From contig LSRY02000039.1 of assembly GCA_001643675.2 (NCBI GenBank), positions 744,001 through 808,000 of the forward strand: 64,000 nucleotides of DNA, written 5' to 3'. The DNA is from Monocercomonoides exilis PA203. Its lineage: Eukaryota > Protista > Preaxostyla. The position numbers and the translations under genes are program-made. The notes under the pieces were generated by a model that saw only the letters and a list, made by a program, of their open reading frames with translations, was not told the DNA's origin and made no database searches. This document shows positions 39,901 to 51,010 of the stretch, in pieces; the stretch's first letter is position 1; each line of letters begins with the position of its first letter.

Positions 39901-42900
39901 AGGCAAGTGAAGGGCAGGAAGGTGCAAATGCATCTTCTGCGTCTTCTTCTGCGTCTTCTTCATCTTCTTCATCTTCCTCTTCTTCTTCTTCATCTTCCTC
40001 ATTCTCTTTGTCTCAACTCGATCCAATCGACCAAGTGGAGTTTCTTCTCGAGAAGAAGAAAGTGCAGAGTGCAGACATCCTCCTCGTTGCCCTGGAGTCT
40101 GAGCTTGTCTGCGGCGGCACACTCGAACGAGATGCAGTTGTGGATGGAATGCGCCTCTTGAGTGATGTTTCGTGTTCTCCTCTTCATGCCCCCGCTGTTG
40201 CCCGCAGTTCTCCACTGGACATGGCAATGCAGCTGATTGAGGCACACTCGCTCTCTCGCTCGATCGACAAGGATGTGCAGCACTGGGCAAAGAATCTGTA
40301 TGTGCCTTCACTCGACTCAGCATTGCAGTGGGCGAAGGATGTGCACGAGCAGTGGGAAGAGGTGCAGAAACAGCAGAAGCTGCAGAAGAAGAGCGGAGGT
40401 GCGCTGCAGGCTTCGCAGTCAACAACGACACTTGCACGTTCAAACACAACGACTTCACTCGCACCAGCCAGCACAGCAACAGCCACAATCACCACATCCA
40501 TCACTGGGTCACTCCCCAATCCTTCTCTTGTGCTGATCTATTCATACTGCCTTCCTTTGCCTTCAACCACACGCGGAGTGATTGTTCATTTGGGTGTTCC
40601 TCCGCCTTCTGCGCTGTCTGCCTTGCCCTCACGTGCCATTCTCCCCTCTCACTTCCTCCGAGGCATCGACACTTCTCTCTCTCGCCATTGGCATCGGCCA
40701 ATGACCACTCCTTTCAATGTGTCGTCTGCTTATTCTATCAGCTCTCCCTCAGTCAGTCCGTTCTCTTCTCCTTCTCTTTCTCCTTCGCCTTCGATGCGTT
40801 CGCTTTCTCCTTTGCCTTCTTCTTCCTCGTCCTTCCGCTCTCCTTTGAAGCGATCAGCAACAGTGGCTGAGATGGAGAGGGAAAGCGAAGGGGAAGAAAA
40901 GAAAGGGAAGAAAGGGAAGAAGGAGAAGAAGGAGAAAGGGAAGAAGTCGAAGAGAGGAGCGGAGGATGAGAGTGAAGTTGAGAGCGAGGCTGTTGAAGAG
41001 ACTGAGGCAGAAACAGAAGAAACAGATGGAAAGAAGAAGAAAGGGAAGAAAGGGAAGAAGGGAAAGAAAGGAGGAGAAGAGGAAGAAGAAGCAACAGAAA
41101 CGGAAGCGTCAGAAGCGGAAGGAGGGAAGAAAAAGAAGAAGGGGAAAAAAGGAAAGAAAGGAGAAGAAGGAGAATCAACTGAAGTGGAAACAGAAGCAGA
41201 AGGTGAAGGAGAAGAAGGGAAGAAAAAGAAGAAGTCAAAGAAATCCAAAAAGGGAGGAGACGAAGAAGCAACTGAGACTGAAGCAGAAGCAGAAGGAGGA
41301 GCAGAAGAAGGGAAGAAGAAGAAGAAAGGTAAAAAAGGAAAGAAAGGAGAGGAATCGGAAGCAGAAGCAGAAGCTACGGAAGCTGAAACAGAAGCATCAG
41401 AAGGAGGAAAGAAAGGGAAGAAAGGCAAAAAGGGGAAGAAAGGGAAAGAAGGAGGAGAAGAAGAGGCAACTGAAGCAGAAGCTACGGAAACTGAAGGAGA
41501 AGGGAAGAAGAGCAAAAAGGAGAAGAAAGGAAAGAAAGGAAAGAAAGGAGGAGAAGAAGAGGCAGAGGTTACTGAAGCAGAAGCAACTGAAACAGAAGAA
41601 GTCGAAAAGAAAGGCAATAAAGGAAAGAAATCGAAGAAAGGAGCAGAAGAAGAAGTGACTGAAAGTGAGGCAGTACCGGAGGAAGGAGAAGGGAAGAAGT
41701 CGAAGAAGGGGAAGAAAGGGAAGAAAGGAGGAGAAGAAGAAGCTGAAGCTACAGAAGCAGAAGGAGAAGATGCAGAAGGAGGAAAGAAGAGCAAAAAGGG
41801 AAAGAAAGGCAAAAAAGGAAAAGGGGAAGAAGAGGCAACAGATGCAGAAGCTGAAGCTACAGAAGCAGAAGGAGAAGGGAAGAAGAGTAAAAAAGGAAAG
41901 AAATCGAAGAAAGGAGAAGAAACAGAAGCAACTGAAGGAGCCGTTGAAGGAACAGAAGCAGAAGGAGACGGGAAGAAAGGGAAGAAATCGAAGAAAGGAA
42001 AGAAAGGTAAAGAGGAAGAAGCAACAGAAGCTGAAGCAACTGCAGATGAAGGAGCGGGAGAAGAAGGGAAGAAGAGCAAAAAAGGGAAGAAAGGGAAGAA
42101 AGGAAAAGGAGAAGAAGAAGCCGAGGCAACAGATTCAGAAGCAATTGCAGATGAAGCAGAGGGAAAGAAATCGAAGAAAGGCAAAAAAGGCAAGAAAGGA
42201 GGAGAGGAGGAAGCAACAGAAGCTGAAGCAGAAGCAACTGAAACAGAAGAAGGTGGAAAGAAAGGGAAGAAAGGGAAGAAGTCGAAGAAAGGAGGAGAAG
42301 AAGAGACAACAGAAGCAGAAGGAGAAGAGGCAGAAGGAGGGAAGAAGAGCAAGAAGAGCAAGAAGGGAAAGAAAGGTGCTGAAGAAGAAGCTACTGAAGC
42401 AGAAGCAACGGAAGTTGAAGGAGAAGGGAAGAAGGGGAAGAAGGGGAAGAAAGGGAGGAAAGGGAAAAAGGGTGAAGAAGAAGTGACGGAAGCTGAGGAA
42501 ACAAGTGGAAAGAAAGGGAAGAAGAGCAAAAAGGGAAAGAAAGGAGAGGAAGAAGCAGAAGCAACAGAGGCAGAAGCGGAGGAAGGGAAGAAGGGAAAGA
42601 AGGGTAAAAAAGGAAAGAAAGGAACAAAAGAAGAAGAAACAGCAGCTGAAGAAGCAACAGAAGCAGAAGAAGGAGGAAAGAAATCTAAAAAGGGAAAGAA
42701 AGGAAAGAAAGGAGAAGAGGAAGCAGAGCCGAAAGAAGCAGAAGGAGAAGAGAAATCAACGAAAAAAGGGAAAAAGTCAAAGAAAAGCAAGAAAGGAAAA
42801 GGAGAAGAGGCAGAAGGAGGAGAAGGAGAAGGAGGAGCAGGAGAAGAAGCGTTTGATGACGAAGTGCCAAAAGCGGTGGAAGAAGACGGAGACACAAGCG

Positions 42901-44915
42901 AAATGGGAATGGGAATGGAAGCAGAGCAAGCAGAGACATACATTGGCGACAGTTCAGATGAGATTCCACCAGCCATTGAGGAAGGAGAAGAGGGAGAAAG
43001 AGAAGGAGAAGAAGAAGACTATGATTACATGGGCAGCAACTACAGTGAGTCTGTGCCAGGCACTCCACTGGGACGTTCTCCTTCATCAGCATCGCTTTCC
43101 ACAGAAGGCTCACGTGTCATTATGTCCACACCTATTCTCTCTTCTCCTTCATCATCTTCTTCATCTTCTGCATCTGCCTCATCATCAGCAGCATCAGCAT
43201 CCTCATCCTCATCCAGAATGTACTCTCCATCATCATCCATGCTGAGAAAGACACCAGGTCTCTCTGCATCTGCCTCCGCTGCTGTCATCCCGCCACTCAC
43301 CTCTGCCTCGTCCTTTGTGATGCCTTCGCTCTTCTCTTTGTCTGCGCCCCGTTCCACTCCTCCTCTCAGACGCTCAGCCACATCTGCTGCACTCCGGACA
43401 CCGCCTTCGTTGTCTCTCACATCTTCGCACTTAAGCAAACTTTCCTCGACTCTGCTTTCGTCCCCAATCATTTCCCCTTCACCAATCACGCTGTCCCCAC
43501 TCACAAAAGCAGCATCGTCGAAGAAAGCTCAAAAGAAGGCATCGAAAGCAGGCAGCAGGCTCAGCATCTCCATTCGCTCTCCTCTGAACCCTTCGGCATC
43601 AACTGTTTTGCTACCACCACTCAAGTCATCCACTGTTGCGTCATCTCCACTTGCTTCTTCATACTCTGCTTATTCATCATCATCATCTTCTTCTTCTTCT
43701 TCGTCTGCACAGCTTGTTCAAGTGAGTGCAGAGAGGATGAATGTGATTGCAGGGCAGGTTGGGCAGATGTTGTGCAGACAGGAGTATGAGACAAACAGCA
43801 ACCTGAGCATCACTTTGTATGCGCTCATCATCATCCGCAACCTCCTCACGAACAACGAGACGTGGATGGAGACGACAAAGGAACTGCTGGCGAAGGATGT
43901 GCTGGTAAGATTCACGCAGATTGTGATTGAGTTCTTAGAGATCATCATGCCGCTGTATCACCCGCGCTTCATGCGAACTGCTGCGGGGCTTGTTCCTTCT
44001 CTGCTGAACACGATTGTGGCTGAGAGAGCAAAGGGATTCGGTTCATCATCATCGTCGTCTTCATCATCTTCTTCTTCATCTTCTCCTCTTTTCACACTCT
44101 CTTCTTCATTGGATCATGGCGTGCAGGCATTTCCGAGCATATGCATACCTGCCCTGGGCTTTAAGGCTTATGTGGAGCGTATTGTGGAATCACTTGTGTG
44201 TTGCACGTCTTTGATTGCGCCTTCTGTTCCGGCTGTGCAGCAGAAGGCGATTCAGAACAAGAAGAACGAGACGCAGCTGGACATTTTGGATTTGATAAGT
44301 CATTTTGTGAGGAAAAACCACATTCGATTGTTTGTGCCTGTTGATGCGATCAATGACGAGGCGAAGGAAGCAGTGAAGGAGCTTCCGAGAGAGGTGGTTG
44401 AGAAGCCGAAGGAGAAGAAAGAGGAGAAGAAGGAAGAGAAAGAGAAAGAGAAGGAGAAGGAAAAGAAGAAGGACAAGAAGGAAGATAAAATGATGGAGTG
44501 TGTTGTGATTGAGTCTCTTCAAGCACAGACTATAGTTGAGCAAGCGACGATGACGCTGAAGAAGCTGGGTGTTTCAAAGGGATCAGGAACAACATTTGGC
44601 ACACTGCTGAGAGATGCGAAGTTGATGTTCCCCAGTTCTGTTTGCTTTGAGCGGTCGGACAAAGGGAAAGGGGGAGATGCAGGTGCAGTGCATGGGCTGA
44701 GCCAGTCGCAGTCAATGGCTCAGCTGGGGAATGCATCAACAGCTTCTTCCCCTTCCTCATCATCATCCTCTTCTTCATCCTCATCTTTATCATCGTCATC
44801 AACCGTGCAAGAATCAAAATCAGCGAAGAACGCACCTTCTCCATTGGCTCAAGTGGAAAACAGTGCTGAGCCATCAGATGGGGAAGTAGCTGCAGGAGGT
44901 GCAAATGAAGCATGA
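24937..44915 (+). CDS. Giant (~6600 aa) low-complexity protein: E/K/R charged helices, ARM/HEAT-like helical segments, KKG/acidic repeats
   Basis: The 6504-codon ORF 25401-44915 is open upstream to an acceptor ending at 25247. Inferred upstream exons 24937-24981 (or -24999) and 25043-25189 are in phase with GT-AG introns. Hydrophobic helical stretches (YGAVKMLCNYL, GGVVNLAASLL, SGVINELPPLL) resemble armadillo repeats. Function not recognised. Confidence 0.85.
37520..39570 (+). repeat. Coding repeat block 1: (GKKGKKGKKGKKG-EEEATEAEATE)n
   Basis: Visible in the translation; imperfect units of roughly 20-30 aa. Confidence 0.9.
40880..42845 (+). repeat. Coding repeat block 2: same KKG/acidic unit
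   Basis: Visible in the translation; shares near-identical multi-unit stretches with block 1. Confidence 0.9.
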
Positions 44916-46511
44916 AAAGAAATAAGAGAAGCAAGAAAGAAGGGATATTGAATGAGTTATGAAAGAGAGAGAGATAGAGATAGAGAGAGTGTGTGTGTGT
45001 GCGAGAGAGAGAGAGAGAGAGAGAAATGCAATGTTGGAATGAGAAAGATGATGGAGACCATGGAATGTTGCTGAAAAAAACAGATTTGAGGATGTTTTTT
45101 TTTTGTTCTCTTTATTTTGGTTTCGGTCTATTTGAAAAAAAAAGACGAATGACTTATCGTTTTGAGAAAAAGTTAATGCAAATATTGTTTTTATTGGTTA
45201 CAAACTGTTTTTGGTGATTAATGGTGTTTATCTTCACTTGCGCTTGTTGTATTATAAATGCTTTACTGTTGTTCCTAGTTTTTATTTGTGTTTTCTTTTT
45301 CTCTTTATGTTTTTCATTTATTTATTAATTTTTCTATTTATTTATTTATTTGTATCGTATTTGTTTTATTCATCCTGTCATCATCACATAGGTTTTTTAT
45401 TTCTTTATATCTGTATTTCTTTGATTCGTCTTTCTTCTTCAACTACTTCTTTTATAATTTATATTTTTGGATGGTGATTGTTTCATATCACTTTTATTGT
45501 ATTATTTTCTTCTGCTTGTTCAATTGTTTTTCTCGCTCATCAAGCTTTGCTTTTATTTTTGTTTTTGTTTTATCATTCTTTCATTTTTGTTTTCTTTTTT
45601 ATATAATTGTGCGTTTAACATGATTACACATCAATTGCGTTTTTGGAAATTATACGATGAAAAAGTTACAAAAATTTGAACTTGAAGAACAGCATAACTT
45701 TTAACAAACGCCTCAATGCTAATATCGTTTTAAAGAACTATTAATCAAGTGATAATCAAGCAATTTTCTGATTTCATTCGATCTCTCCAAAAATTATTCA
45801 AACACATTCAAATTTTTTCACTTCTGCAATTTTGATTATGATATACTTTATGATCGATGTGAATATCTTTATTCAAAAAATGTTTGTTCAAATAATCAAT
45901 TCGCTGAAATCATCTTTGAAGAAAAAAAAAATTTATGAAAAAAATGAAAAAAATAAATATTAAGTTTGAAAGTTAAATAAAATAAAAACAAGAATAAAAA
46001 TTGTTAGGAAAACGAAAAACTTTAAAGGATCAATGTTTGAAAATCAGGGAAAAAATGAAAGAAAGTTTATTTATTGGGACACATTCAGGAGAATTTTTTC
46101 TTCCTCCTGCTACAAATATTTTAGAACAAAAACGGAAAAATAATGGAAGCCTTATTTTCAAAATCACAACCTTTTTCTTTTTTGCATTGACTGCAGCTTT
46201 ATGAGTTTGCTACAATAAAAAAATAATAGAAAACGTTTGTTGTATTTAAGTTTGCTTGCTCAGAATTTAATTTTCATATTTCATGCTTAATTAAAAGATT
46301 AAGGAAAATTACATTTTTTTGTTTAGATCGTTGATTTGCTTATTTTCCAGAGAAAGAGAAGCATTGTGAGATTTTTGATCCAATCACGTTTTTCAATGAA
46401 TAATTTTTATTTAAAACTTTTTTTTGTTCATGAATTTGTTCACTTTATTTATAACGCTTTTTCTCATTTCAATATATAATGGAAATATTAGATTTTCAAA
46501 ACATAAATGTA

Positions 46512-46961
46512 CAGTCAAAACCGGATATAATCACATCTGATTTTGCACAACTTTTTGTGACAATATCCGATTGTGATAATATACGATGCTGTTAAACACA
46601 GAAAAAAATAAAAATTAATTTATGAAATAATTAATTTTGGGTCGATTTTTTTATTTTTGGAAATTTTATCCAAATACACTTTTTTCACTTGCAAAATTTA
46701 TTTTTTTCATAAACACACATAATTCAGACTCATTTGAGCACATTTTTGAATAGGAGAAAAATAGAAAATTTTGATCAAAAAATCGATTTTTCAATGAAAA
46801 AATCACCCATAATAATAAAAAATGTGATTATATATTTTCAGCCCTGTGATAATATGCGATGGAAAATGAATGAAAATTTGGTCAAAAATGTCGGTGCATG
46901 GAAAAATGTGACTATATTCGAATGTGATTATATTCGACGTGATTATATCCGGTTAAGACTG
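46512..46961. mobile_element. Tc1/mariner-superfamily (pogo/Tigger-like) MITE, 450 bp
   Basis: TA|CAGTCAAAACCGGATATAATCAC ... GTGATTATATCCGGTTAAGACTG|TA. 23-bp TIR with 2 mismatches, TA duplication, and internal copies of TGTGAyWATATnCGA. Confidence 0.88.
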
Positions 46962-47166
46962 TATTTGTTTTTTAATGAAACGAATTGGTTTGTTAATATT
47001 TTGAAAACAAAACTATTGTCATATATAAAAAAATAACATACATTTTGTACACGTTTGACGATTTGCTTAAAAATCACGAAAAATGAAAAATATATTAAAG
47101 TAATAATTTTTGAAATCATATTTTATTATTATTATTAAATTTCGGTTCGAAATTTTCACATGAATA

Positions 47167-47543
47167 CAGTTTGTGCAAAAAATACCGGACATCGCAAAAA
47201 ATACCGGACAAGATCGATATCTCAATAACCGCAAGAAGAAAAATTTTGCTAAATTTCCTCAAAACGTATCTCATCAATGCAAACTCACGTGATACACAAG
47301 ACTTTTTGGACAGCTTCGCTTGAGCTCAGAAAAAATATATATCGAAATCTCGGAGAAATAGAATTTTGAGTTTCTCCGAGATTTCGATATATATTTTTTC
47401 TGAGCTCAAGCGAAGCTGTCCAAAAAGTCTTGTGTATCACGTGAGTTTGCATTGATGAGATACGTTTTGAGGAAATTTAGCAAAATTTTTCTTCTTGCGG
47501 TTATTGAGATATCGATCTTGTCCGGTATTTTTTGCATAAACTG
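47167..47543. mobile_element. Palindromic Tc1/mariner-type MITE, 377 bp, with perfect 165-bp arms
   Basis: TA|CAGTTTGTGCAAAAAATACCGGAC ... GTCCGGTATTTTTTGCATAAACTG|AA. 47194-47358 is the exact reverse complement of 47371-47535, with a 12-nt loop. Confidence 0.9.
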
Positions 47544-48032
47544 AATATAAAAAAGAACACTGAAAAGTGAAAATGCTTATAAAAGATATCTACATCTTTG
47601 TATTAACTTAAGAACTTTGTTTTTAAAACAGTGATGATAGTTTTTGCATTTGAATTCAAAATCTCTTCCCAATGATAAACTATCTTAGAAAAAACAACAC
47701 ACCGAAAAAAGTTATGATTTCAAAAAATATCACACATATTGAGATTGCACAGAATTCATTTCATTTCAAACAGTTGTTATTGGTTCGATCAAAGAAAAAC
47801 ATAGCATTTGCTTTTCTTGCCTTTTGCATTTAAGATCATTGGCATTTGCAAATATTTAATTTTTATCAACTATTTTTGTGAAAGAAAAACAATAAGTGGC
47901 ACACTGTTATCAATTCATTTTGAAATAGAAGCGATGTTGTTTGTATTTGTATTTTATTTCGTTATTTTCCAAGATTTTCCCATCGTTAAAATATTTTTTG
48001 CAACAAGAAAATTGAATTTGTGCATTTTCAAT

Positions 48033-49471
48033 ATCGATAATTCCAAAGAAGAAAAATTTACTACAGCACGTACTGAGAAATTTTCAAGTTGACTCATTTA
48101 TTTGGATTGAACTATTATGAACATATTTTAAATATTTTGAATTTTTTTTGAAGAATTGCTTCGTGAACTGGAACAGTGCGGAGAATATGAACAGATCAAG
48201 AAAATGGAGGAAATGAACAAGGTTATTGATTTTGTGGATGGAGATGAATTTGGATCACTTTTTTACACAAAATCATTTGACAAAATACACCAAATGCTTT
48301 GCGAAAAAAAATTATCATGGGAAAACGCAATTTTATTTCTGAAGCATATTGGATATCACAAAGCTCTTAATAGCTTTTCTGATCTTGGAATCGAAGATAC
48401 ATTTTTGAGCGAAAAAATGGAGGAAATGATAACTGAAGAAGAAAAGAAAAAAGAAGAAAAGAATGAAAAGCTGGTGACTGATCTTTGTGAATGTTATCTT
48501 TTTTTCGGCTTCTTCTTTTCACCTGAAATGTTTTCAGTATGTGTTCCTTGCATTATAAAAGTCGCATTGAAGAAAGAGGAAAACGAAGAAGCTCAAAAAG
48601 AAGTGGAAATAGCTTTGCTGACTTTGAGTTGCATTGAATTATATAATGTGTGAATATTTCTTTTTCATTTTTATTATGTTTGCTTTTTCCCCCTCTTATT
48701 TCTGATTAGGAAATGAAACAAGAACAATATTTGAAGGAAATAACTGAAATCATCCAATATCATCAGTCCCGTCATAATCTAACAAGACTTGCCTATCAGT
48801 CTGCTCGGCAGTTTTTGATATACAGATTTTACAAAGACAGAAGCTTGAAAGAAGTGATTGTGAATGAGCTGCATTTTGGAAGAGAAGCAGCAAGAGAACT
48901 GGAAGAGCTCACAAGAAATGTGGTATGGAAGAGAAAAGAAGAAGAGGAAGAAAGTGAAGAGAATTAAGAAGTGCGTCAAATTGAAAAATAGCTCGATGCA
49001 AATTTTTGTTTCATTCGCTCATGCTATATGTGGAGCAAAGAAAATGCTGGGTTTATCTACTGTATTGTTCAGATGTTTCGAGCATTAAAGGGAAATCACC
49101 TATTCATCAGCAATGAATGCTAAGATTTATTGAAAACTGCAATGGAAAATAGAGCAGTGAAGATAGAAGCTTTGCTGAAGGAAGGTGCAATTGATCTGAT
49201 TTCAGGGGAAATGAAGCAATCAACTTTGAAGTATATATTCATTAAGGATTGTTTGTTTTTCTTTATGAATATTTCGGAAAGATTTGTAGAAAAGGAGAAA
49301 GATGAAATGGAACAAGCGAAAAAAAAGGCAATCCTTATGGAGATATTTGAAAGCATGGAGGAAGAAGGATACGAAGATGAAATCATAAGCTTTCATGAAA
49401 TTATTTCTTTTCGGAACACAAGGTATTATAGTTTATCAACAAAATTAGCAGATCACTTTGTGAATGTTTGA
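48033..49471 (+). pseudogene. Pseudogene of a lineage-specific alpha-helical multigene family (3 exons)
   Basis: Exons ~48033-48087, 48154-48647 and 48710-49471 with GT-AG introns. In-frame stops at 48965 (TAA), 48989 (TAG) and 49121 (TAA); probable start codon reads ATC. Motifs EKFSKL..ELE, LCECYL, ALKKEE.EE.QKEVE.ALL.LS, YHQ...NLTRLAYQSA, MEEEGYED match my recollection of an expanded Monocercomonoides family. Confidence 0.75.
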
Positions 49472-50226
49472 GAAAAAGAGAATCATTTCATTCTGTAGCT
49501 CAAAAATTATGTTTTTCGTATTTATTCATTTCACAAAATCTGAAACAAAATTTACAGAGTTATTTTTATGAATGCTTTTATTTCCTTTTTCAAAACAAGA
49601 AAGAATATGAAATTTGAGTTTTTCTTTTTTTTCCATGAAGCACATTCATTGAAATCCTTCCTTCTTCATTTCAATTGTCCTTCTTTCCATTCCAAAAACA
49701 ATCAGAGCTGAATTCTCTTTTTTTTCTTTCTCTTTCACTTTTTTCTCTCAGAAATCTTTTTGTGATATTTCACCAGAACTTGTTTCATTGAACATCACTT
49801 CCATTTCACTCGTCATCTGAAAGCGGCTGAACGCCAATTTATTCGAAATGCACGTTGTCTTCCTTGTCCAAATAGAAGGGGAATGAAAGATAAAAAAGAA
49901 GATGACAATCGTTGAAATGAAGATGAAAGCTGTGTGAATGAGTGAACAAATGAGAAAGAAAGAGTGTGTGAGAAAGAGCAAAGTCGAAGCAGAATATGAT
50001 AATTTCAACAATGAATGAAATGAGCGAAGAATTGGAATGTTTTTATTCAATAATCTTCTTGTTCAACTGAAAATGTCACTCCCGAATGAAATCTCTTTTC
50101 TTCTATTTTCATTTCTCTTCTTTTTAGAGATGAAAATGAAATGAATGAAAATGCATTTCACATTCTCTTCACAGACCCCTGCAACAATCAGAAATAGTTA
50201 ACAGCAATAGAAAAAATTCGCACACT

Positions 50227-51000
50227 TCATTTATCAAAACAAAAAGTTTCATAAATGTTTGTCGTTCCATTTTCATTTCCATTTTCTTCCATCTTCTCAA
50301 ACACTTTTCTTTTCGACTCTCTTCGCCTTGCCTCTTCAGCTTTCCAATCTGTGTTTTCTTTCGATCTTTCACAATTGTTTGTAAAAAATTCCCAATTAAT
50401 CAAACAATTTTGAGCAACTTTTGCTTGACTGAATGATTTCCCCCAAAACAGCCTTTGCAGCTCATTTGCCCAGCAAGATTTCTTCATCCACAACTCTGTT
50501 TCTTGCAATATCTCTTCAAGCGCAAATGATTTGCTTTTATTTTCTCTGAACTGATTATTCGGTTCATTAAATGACCTCGTTGTGCAGCAGACAGCCTTAA
50601 ATATATGTTTCATTCCTCAATTTGCATGATTCAAAACATGATCCCAATGTTTTTACGACCTCTTTATCATTCACTTTTCTTCCATATTTTCCAATTCTTT
50701 TTCTTTCTTATTCTCTTCATCAGAATTCTTCCTTTCAAATCTTTTCCTTTTCAAAGAAAAACAAACTATCATCCCGTTTAACCTTTGGCTCTTCAAAACA
50801 TCCACCAACATTCCAACGCCAATATCTCATCCACGATTCCAATCCCTTTCCATCCGCCATTATCTTTATTACCTTGCAAGAATCCACTCCACAATTCGCA
50901 TCCGTCTCTTCAAATCTCACATTCTCCCTTATTCCTCCCATTCCCTCGCTTTTCCCTTTTTCTGTGCTGCATCCTTCAATTCATTCAGTCTCCCAAGCCT
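50227..51000 (-). pseudogene. Degenerate second copy of the same family, convergent with the first
   Basis: The fragment EEARRRESKRKVFEKMEENGNENGTTNIYETF aligns by eye with EQAKKKAILMEIFESMEEEGYEDEIISFHEII of the 49130-49471 ORF. Upstream frames are broken and the 5' limit is approximate. Confidence 0.55.
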
Positions 51001-51010
51001 TTCTCAAAAG

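Noticed and set aside
37256-42976. Long antisense ORFs (810 aa, 748 aa) and many Phe/Ser/Leu-rich shadow ORFs
   Set aside because: They are a by-product of purine-only sense codons, which cannot generate stops on the opposite strand.
48965-49123. TAA/TAG reassigned to Gln (as in the oxymonad Streblomastix), suggested by three in-frame TAR codons
   Set aside because: More than 13,000 codons in the three giant ORFs contain many Gln but no in-frame TAA/TAG, and TAA ends the 3878-aa ORF. Pseudogenisation is the simpler explanation.
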